This document shows, in pieces, positions 10,459 through 18,208 of a DNA stretch of 18,208 bases (its first letter is position 1; every line of letters starts with the position of its first letter). Under the pieces are notes generated by a model. It saw nothing but the letters and a program-made list of their open reading frames with translations. It did no database searches and was not told where the DNA came from. The position numbers were made by a program, and so were the translations under genes. The stretch is from assembly GCA_024626585.2 (NCBI GenBank), contig JANKJI020000002.1:165636288-165654495 (forward strand), given 5' to 3'. This DNA is from Ginkgo biloba (Eukaryota > Plantae > Ginkgophyta).

Positions 10459-12487
10459 AAATTCAAGCAATCATCGATTGGCTCGAACACAAGATAATAT
10501 TGGAGCAAAGAGGATGTCTGGGATTAATACTATACTTTTGAAAGTTTGATACCACTACTTAAGTATTGTAGCACCACTGACAAATCTCACAAGGAAAGAG
10601 GCCTTTCGGTGGACTAACTTGGCATCTTAGACACTTCAAGAATTAGAAACAACAATGATAACTATGCTAGTGCTTGCAACACCCAACTTCTCCAAAACAT
10701 TCACTTTGAAGTATGGTGGGTCAGGAATGGGAATTGGGGTGGTAGAAATGCAAGATGACAAGCCAATAGCCTTTGAGAGTTGAAAATTGAACAACAAAGA
10801 AAGACACATGTTGACATACAAAATGCGTGTCATTATGCTTACTTACAAAATGGCGCTAGTACCTTCTGGATAGTAAATTCATAGTCAAATTTGACCACAA
10901 CATTGAAGTATCTTCTTTAGTGAGATACATTTATGAGGAGTAGAGGAAATGGATTGACAACATTTCTGCATTCTACTTCAATATTGTGTACAAAAAGGGA
11001 AAAGAAAAATGTTTTTGTAGATGCCCTTTCTAAAAAATATGAAGATGCATTGATGGCAACGATAACAATAGTTCAACTCACCTAGATAGGCAAGGTGTTG
11101 CAAGAGTGTTTGCANNNNNNNNNNNNNNNNNNNNNNNNNNNNNNNNNNNNNNNNNNNNNNNNNNNNNNNNNNNNNNNNNNNNNNNNNNNNNNNNNNNNNN
11201 NNNNNCAAGGACCAAATATACCTAGGACTTGGATCAAAAGTCATCAATAAAGTACTACATGAATACCACTCGACACCATGAACATGACATGTCGAGATAC
11301 AAAAGACGTAAAACATCAAAGGAGCATTCTATTGGCCCAAGATGAAAAAGGACATAACCAAGTTTGTTCAGGAATCTAATTCTTGCCAACAACAAAAAGT
11401 AGAAAATGTTGCCACTCTACGAATGCTGTNNNNNNNNNNNNNNNNNNGTAGATATCCATGGATTTCATCACACGACTTCCAAAATCCAAGGGGAAATAAA
11501 TGCAATATTTGTCATACTGGACCGACTTGCAAAACATACCTACTATATTTCAATCCAATCCACTTATAAAGCACGCCAAATTAAAGAGATACACAGGCAT
11601 AATGGATCTCGAAACGAATTATATGTGATAGGGACTAAAAATTAACAAGTAATTTCTGGTAAGAACTAGTCAGGCTAGCTAGCACATCATTCAACATGGG
11701 CATAACCTACCACCCACAAATCGACAACCAAATAGAGAGTGTAAACAAGTCTCTAAGCATGGCTCCAATGTTACATGTGCAATAAACAAAGTAAATGGGC
11801 ACGGTGGATTCACCGTGTGCAACATTATTACATCATGGCATACCATACTACAACAATAGCAACACCATTTACATCACTCTATGGTTACCCCCGCCATCCA
11901 TGAAAGATTATCTAATACAAGAAATGAAGGTCCAAGCAACAAAGGACACTCTAGAGGAGGTTCAACAAATCATTAGCATCCAAAATGAGAGCCTACATGT
12001 CACAAGGAGTCGAATGAAGCAATAAGCATCTCACGATCTCATGGAATGAGCATTCAAAGTAGGTGATATGGTCTTTGTTAGCCTCTAGCCTCACAAGCAA
12101 GCTTTACCAAAAGTTAAAAGGAAGGATAAATTATCCCTAAAATTCTATGGACCATACAAGATAAGAGCACATGTCAGAGAAGTAGCCTAGACACTCAACT
12201 TGTGAAATAAAGAACGAATCTACATTATCTTTGATGTATCTTGCCTTAAAAATATCGGACAAGGTGTAGCACCCCAAACTGAGCTCCCAATACTTGATGA
12301 GGAAGGCAAACTAATCTTTGAACTAGAGCCAATAATGGATTACTAGAATAAAACCACTCTGTACCAAACATATTCAATAGTATCTAATCAAATGGAAAAA
12401 TCTATCAACAAGAGACTTAACATGGGAACTGGAATTGTTCATTCAATGCCACTCAGACCTAAGAATGGTTCGAGAACAAAGCAACTC
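10459..12487 (+). pseudogene. Degenerate chromovirus pol: RT connection, RNase H, integrase, chromodomain
   Basis: KIQAIIDW..RGCLGL; APLTNLTRKEAFRW; VLATPNFSKTF..SGMGIGVV..KPIAFES*KL; KKGKENVFVDALS; EYHSTP..H; FYWPKMKKDITKFVQESNSCQQQK; DISMDFITRLPKS; IFVILDRLAKH; ICDRD; YHPQIDNQIESVNK; KFYGPYKI (~12143-12160); YLIKWKNLSTRDLTWE (12381-12428). Many stops and frameshifts. Confidence 0.93.
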
Positions 12488-12499
12488 AAGAGGGGAGGG
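12488..12499 (+). other. Polypurine tract (PPT)
   Basis: AAGAGGGGAGGG directly after the chromodomain and 5 nt before TGTGAT. Confidence 0.8.
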
Positions 12500-12504
12500 C
12501 GCGT

Positions 12505-12864
12505 TGTGATCCTAAATCACAACAAAAGCCCCTAGGACTTCAATCCCTGACAATCTGTTTGTCATAGCAACTTGGGCAAGGTGGAACGAAGGCGCCTATG
12601 TTCTAAGGTATTTAGGGCCACTTAGGATAATTTCTATAGTTCCAACTAATCCTGAATGCACCTTGACACAAGTTTCAGTTTAGGATATAAATAGGCCTTA
12701 GGCCTTAGTTCCCCCTCATTGATCATTGGAGTACATCTTCATTTTATAGTTGAATTCTATTGAGAAGAAGGGTGCCTTGAAAGTTGGTGCTCCCAAGTTT
12801 CTCAGAACCACAAAGTTGACTTTCTTTGTGATCTCGATCTCTGTTGACCACTTTTGACTTAACA
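12505..12864 (+). mobile_element. 3' LTR of the + strand chromovirus (right end uncertain)
   Basis: TG start after the PPT; TATAAATA at 12686-12693; candidate end TTAACA at 12864, just before the N gap. Confidence 0.65.
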
Positions 12865-13506
12865 ATGGNNNNNNNNNNNNNNNNNNNNNNNNNNNNNNNN
12901 NNNNNNNNNNNNNNNNNNNNNNNNNNNNNNNNNNNNNNNNNNNNNNNNNNNNNNNNNNNNNNNNNNNNNNNNNNNNNNNNNNNNNNNNNNNNNNNNNNNN
13001 NNNNNNNNNNNNNNNNNNNNNNNNNNNNNNNNNNNNNNNNNNNNNNNNNNNNNNNNNNNNNNNNNNNNNNNNNNNNNNNNNNNNNNNNNNNNNNNNNNNN
13101 NNNNNNNNNNNNNNNNNNNNNNNNNNNNNNNNNNNNNNNNNNNNNNNNNNNNNNNNNNNNNNNNNNNNNNNNNNNNNNNNNNNNNNNNNNNNNNNNNNNN
13201 NNNNNNNNNNNNNNNNNNNNNNNNNNNNNNNNNNNNNNNNNNNNNNNNNNNNNNNNNNNNNNNNNNNNNNNNNNNNNNNNNNNNNNNNNNNNNNNNNNNN
13301 NNNNNNNNNNNNNNNNNNNNNNNNNNNNNNNNNNNNNNNNNNNNNNNNNNNNNNNNNNNNNNNNNNNNNNNNNNNNNNNNNNNNNNNNNNNNNNNNNNNN
13401 NNNNNNNNNNNNNNNNNNNNNNNNNNNNNNNNNNNNNNNNNNNNNNNNNNNNNNNNNNNNNNNNNNNNNNNNNNNNNNNNNNNNNNNNNNNNNNNNNATT
13501 ATGCAG

Positions 13507-13562
13507 TTGCTGATGGCCTTGATTCTACGTTCACTGGAATGAAGAAGAAGAAGAAGAAGCCT
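13507..13562 (+). CDS. eIF2beta: Translation initiation factor eIF2 beta subunit, internal exon (lysine box)
   Basis: TGCAG|TT GCT GAT GGC CTT GAT TCT ACG TTC ACT GGA ATG AAG x6 CCT|GTAAGT = (x)ADGLDSTFTGMKKKKKKP, the plant eIF2 beta second poly-lysine box. 56 nt, ends in phase 0. Confidence 0.92.
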
Positions 13563-13667
13563 GTAAGTAGACATAATTGCCTTTTTAAAGAATTAGGAAG
13601 CATTTTGTTAACAAACATGATATCACATGGAAAATGTGGATTCTCACTGTGGTATTTGTTTTGGCAG

Positions 13668-13722
13668 GTGGAAGGCGATTTTCAAGATGATGAGAATGGT
13701 GATGCTAGAGAGGATACTAACG
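13668..13722 (+). CDS. eIF2beta: eIF2 beta internal exon (acidic linker)
   Basis: TTTTGGCAG|VEGDFQDDENGDAREDTN+G|GTAAG. 55 nt; phases are consistent with both neighbouring exons. Confidence 0.9.
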
Positions 13723-13957
13723 GTAAGAACCTTGAAGTTTGTCTGCTTATTGGTNNNNNNNNNNNNNNNNNNNNNNNNNNNNNNNTCATATGAAAATAAT
13801 ATTGTTTAGCTAAGATGGCCACTGTGAAGAGCTTTTGTTATTAGACCACCCTGGTTGTATTTAATTTTGGATTGTATGCTGCCTCGCCCCATTTGACTTC
13901 AATTGTTTTGATCTAACAGTTATCATGTGCTTTTGAAATTTATTCCTCTATATGAAG

Positions 13958-14052
13958 GTAATTTTGGTGGGGAGGATGAAGAAGGAGAGGGCATCATTTT
14001 GCATGCTCGATATCCTTGGGAGGGGACTGATCGTGATTACAAATATGAAGAG
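13958..14052 (+). CDS. eIF2beta: eIF2 beta internal exon
   Basis: AAG|(G)NFGGEDEEGEGIILHARYPWEGTDRDYKYEE|GTATGG. RYPWEGxxRDYxYxE is the conserved plant eIF2 beta motif. 95 nt; CTAAC branch-like site ~40 nt upstream. Confidence 0.95.
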
Positions 14053-16549
14053 GTATGGGATTGTGTTTATCTTACTGGAAAGCCACATTAGTTGGCCATC
14101 ATTTCCTTTTTAGAATGCTTATGGTTTGTACATGTATTGTTTCTATTTGGATTGATTTCTCAAACACGATATATGTCAATATAGTAAGCTGTGTGCTAAA
14201 GCATTGATTGATGAAGCCCATGTGAATATGCTGAATAATGGCTTTTTTAAAATTTTTTTCATTGGTTCAGGGCGGGGGGTGTTGGTTGTGGGGACATTTG
14301 AATTCATATGCGTTTCTTTTTCCTTAGTAACTCTTGTTGTTTACTGAATGATGGATGTTTAATATGCAGTTCTAATATATTTGTCCAGATACATGAAATG
14401 TTCTTTAAAGTGATCATTCAAACAATGATTTCTTCCTGATGGGATATAGTTTGTGCTCTTAAACCATCTGTTTGTCATAATTAAATGTTAGAAAGTGCAC
14501 ACCAGACTGATTGCTTTTTGTCTTTTTTCAACACAAGGTCGTACTTCCTCCAATTGTTTACTCATCTCTTGGGTTTCTTGTTTTATTGGTTTATCAACCT
14601 CTAAACTGGAGAAACTGGTTANNNNNNNNNNNNNNNNNNNNNNNNNNNNNNNNNNNNNNNNNNNNNNNNNNNNNNNNNNNNNNNNNNNNNNNNNNNNNNN
14701 NNNNNNNNNNNNNNNNNNNNNNNNNNNTAACTTCAGTTCTAGACTACAGTATTTTATGTCACATTGTGTCTGTATTTATTTTTCAAAACCCTATTTTGCT
14801 GCTTTTTGCTTCCTGAAATTTAAAAGTTCCCTTTCCCTCTTTGGCACTTCACACATAGCATGCATCTTATACCTGCAATGGCATTAGACCTTTGCCATTT
14901 CCATGATTTAGTCAAGTTTGAGAAAAGTTTTGTTGTCAGAAATTGAAACTGTGAGAAGTGGCTGAACCAATTATATCATCCACTTCACTGATTGGATTTG
15001 TGAGCTCATACATTATCTATTTGTTCTTTTGGAATGATAGCAGATCAGAGAGAAAGCACCATAATTATGGGGCCACCACTTTGCTGCTTATAGTGATCAG
15101 AAAGAACATCCACAAATCATATGTAATCCTTCTGATCGATTAGCATCGTGCATGACATCCTTCAGAAGTAGTCTTTCCTTGTATGCTTCTTTCATTTCAC
15201 TTTGTCCTTTGCTGACTGGCTTATCATTCTTGAACCTTGTTTTCTGTACCTATTTTCACTTTTAGAACATGTTCTATACCTATTTTTATCTCGAGTTTGA
15301 CCTACAACGGCCATCTCCAAACTGGTGATCCTCACTTTGGTGAGATTTGCCATGTGGAAATCAGTGTGATCTCCTTTCAATTTTGTTTACCATTTGTGAA
15401 CCTTACTAGGTTACCCAAGCCCGGATCCACGGTTAGCCGCTAGATTTATACATCAAGATATTGTGCATAGATTCTGTNNNNNNNNNNNNNNNNNNNNNNN
15501 NNNNNNNNNNNNNNNNNNNNNNNNNNNNNNNNNNNNNNNNNNNNNNNNNNNNNNNNNNNNNNNNNNNNNNNNNNNNNNNNNNNNNNNNNNNNNNNNNNNN
15601 NNNNNNNNNNNNNNNNNNNNNNNNNNNNNNNNNNNNNNNNNNNNNNNNNNNNNNNNNNNNNNNNNNNNNNNNNNNNNNNNNCACATGTGTTCTACTGTCC
15701 AAATTTGTCGTTGAGAGGTGGCACTGAAGCTTGGCTAACAAAGTTTACATAGAACCATTTGTGTGTGCTGAAGACTTGTGTTTTGGAGATATCTATAGTT
15801 ACTTTTGAAATAGTCAATTATAGAGGCCACAAGTGTCCGCTTAATTAGGTTGGATGCAATTTGGCTCATAGACTAAAACCACATGCATACAATTTTCAAG
15901 ACTTTGAGAATTTAAGTATATCAAACTTACATACTAGGTGAACACAAACAGTTTATAGAAGTGAAAGGTTATTTTTGAAGCTCACATTCAAGATTACAAA
16001 ATGCCAAGATACTAAAACTGTCATGTTCCCTAATACATCTNNNNNNNNNNNNNNNNNNNNNNNNNNNNNNNNNNNNNNNNNNNNATATGCCTTCTCTATA
16101 TCCTTGTTTATGTCCAAAGTTGGATTTCAATTTTTTGTTTTCATAGTGTAAGAGAGATGCCTATTGAAATCTCTCCCTGATTGTAGAAGCAACTCTTTTC
16201 TGTTGTAAATAAGAGATTAAGTTAATTTGCATGTTACTCCAAGTCATCTCCTTTGAGTTGTAAAGAAGCAAATAAAATCATTGTTCCTTGTGTCCCCATT
16301 GATGTCTAGCTCCTATAAGGTTCAGGGGAAGAGCCTTGATAGCATCAAGGGTAACAACTTCAGTGGGTTTGGTGGGAGTGCTCCTTGGGTTGTTTATACC
16401 CTCAAGGGGCCATGTAGTAACATCCATCACAAATTAGCATTGTATGACAATTTGGGAGTGGAAATGTTGATGTCCATTTTCACATGCTTAGATGGGAGGT
16501 ACAAACTAGTTGAAGTCCAACAACGGGAACAAAAATGACCTACTACGCT

Positions 16550-17250
16550 ATATTATCCTCTTGGCATATCAGGATCTTTTTTCAAGGATGATCTTCTGAA
16601 AGCTTTGCCACGTGAAAGGTTTGAAGATCATATCATTTGCTTGGTAATTACCACATTTGCATTGTCTAAAGCAAATGTAATACATGGGATGCTCATGAAC
16701 TAATGGGGGTTGAGCCCAAGAGGTAGGTAGAGGAACTGCGACAAAAAGGCTTAGTGCAACTAACTTGTCTCTTCTGGGTCCCCAATACCTTTTGTCCAAA
16801 GAAGGATGGTACATTTGGAGTGTATATTGTCTACAAGGCCATAAATAAGATGATGATCAAAGTACTTAAGCTTTGGGTTGATTACATACTTGATTAAGTA
16901 CAGGTGCTATGCAATTTTGTAAACAATAGATTTTTACTTTGGACGTAACCATATTTAAGTACAAGTGAATGATATGCTCACAACAACACTTTGTATAGAG
17001 GGAAAACAGTACAAAATCTTGGTTATATCCTTCAAATTGACCATGCCCTAATAACTTTTTTTGAATGTCTCACATTTGGAGACCTAGATTTGGCAAGTTT
17101 GCATTGATTTTTTTTTTTGAAAATACTTTGGTCTTTAGTTGCATTATTAAGCACATAAAGGAAGAACATGCAGCATAATGACCAAAAGCAAGCATTTGGA
17201 AATTTGGAAACCAACATACGACAATATGTAGATAAGGAGTTCCTAAAGCA
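16550..17250 (+). pseudogene. Highly decayed Ty3/gypsy reverse transcriptase
   Basis: YQDLF..DDLLKALPRERFEDHII; KR*VEELRQKGLVQ; GSPIPFVQ-KDGTFGVYIVYKAINKMMIK; YKILVISFKLT (YEFLVMPFGLT-like). Multiple frameshifts. Confidence 0.8.
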
Positions 17251-17890
17251 TCTTTAGCCTAGCTCAAGTACATCAATGGAAAATTAAAATAAATTAAATT
17301 GAAAACCAGTCAAAGTCCATATGGTGTGCAACATAGAATTTAGATGCAATGTCCAAGTATAAAAATGTGTAGATGAACTGCACTAAGATTTGTGTTTGGT
17401 GATAACATTCAACAAAGATGCCCAAGTAGGTAAGTGTTAACAATAAGAGCATGTGTTCTAGATGGTATTCTTGAATGATGTGTAACATCAAATTCTTAGT
17501 TGTGCATGGCTATAACCTTCGCCCACAAGGCAAAGTTCAAGGTAGCGTGCAACAATGGGTGTTTGTGTCCTTGGGCGGTGTCTACTAGGAGGGTGTTCAT
17601 ATAGGAGGTTGTTTGAAGCCAATGCTCATAAGGGTAGATTCATCAAGGCATGCGGTGTTCACAGTAATGGACATTTACCATGGCGAGTGTGCCAACAGCT
17701 TGACAACTAGCAAACACCGTGCAACCCTTAATGATAGAGAGCCAAGGCTTGTAGAGTTAAGTGAGGCACTCTAGCTGTGCTTGTCTTCAGCCTGAGTGGG
17801 TACAACACTTGAGCCTTTGGAGAGTTCCCTGAGTCACTGGGATTGTGGACCCTGGTCAATGGCTGGTGCATATACTTCCAACAACGCTAG

Positions 17891-18208
17891 TGTAACAGGC
17901 CTGCCTTAAGCCTGTAACTTTGGTTAGCAATGAACATAAAACTTTCCATAACATAATAAATCATACAACCATCATCATCATAATTGCATATGTTCACATG
18001 AATAAGCACAGCAGATAAATCCAACATCTTGTAGTATAACATGAGTCAATATAAATAAATGCAGTAACATTTACATGCACAAGACCCAATGCATCAAGGA
18101 TGACTCCTAGACAGACTTCAAGGTAGGACTGCTAAGGCTAGGACAGGATACCTCCCACTGTTGGCCATGAGGAACCCCTAGAGGGCTTCACCGTAGCTAC
18201 CAACCAAA
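17891..18208 (-). mobile_element. Terminal (U5-side) part of a minus-strand LTR related to the LTR at 1-1754
   Basis: Boundary TGTAACA at 17891-17897 (minus strand ...TGTTACA). Collinear blocks shared with the first LTR: ATCAAGGATGAC (18093 vs 107), AAGGTAGGACTG (18120 vs 218), AGGGCTT and CAACCAAA (18182-18208 vs 298-322). Confidence 0.65.

Noticed and set aside
13540-13559. (AAG)n microsatellite
   Set aside because: It is the coding poly-lysine box of eIF2 beta.
13539-13793. 84-aa ORF starting MKKKKKKP
   Set aside because: Read-through of two eIF2 beta exons and the in-frame 105-nt intron between them; not a separate gene.
17440-17890. Possible additional LTR starting TGTAACATC at ~17481
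   Set aside because: No PPT/PBS, partner copy or TSD is visible to support it.

Overview
Eukaryotic nuclear DNA from a large-genome seed plant (a gymnosperm is inferred from the retroelement style), from a gapped scaffold with 13 N-runs. Host gene: three consecutive, cleanly spliceable + strand exons of translation initiation factor eIF2 beta (13507-13562, 13668-13722, 13958-14052). Its flanking exons are not visible, so much of the window may be intron. The rest is mostly old, nested Ty3/gypsy debris. There is a minus-strand chromovirus 3' end (integrase, chromodomain, PPT, long LTR; 1-2400) and a Tat-like 5' half with LTR, three tandem capsid-like Gag modules and RT N-terminus (6257-8270). 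This is fused to a + strand chromovirus (protease, RNase H, integrase, chromodomain, PPT, LTR; 8330-12864), whose RT core is replaced by a 1.37 kb TGTAACA...TGTTACA-bounded insert carrying a decayed antisense ORF. Another RT relic (16550-17250) and an LTR end related to the first LTR (17891-18208) follow. The most unexpected item is a group II intron-type reverse transcriptase/maturase fragment (5558-5931) showing CpG-decay signatures of nuclear methylation. No intact novel system can be demonstrated from this window alone.
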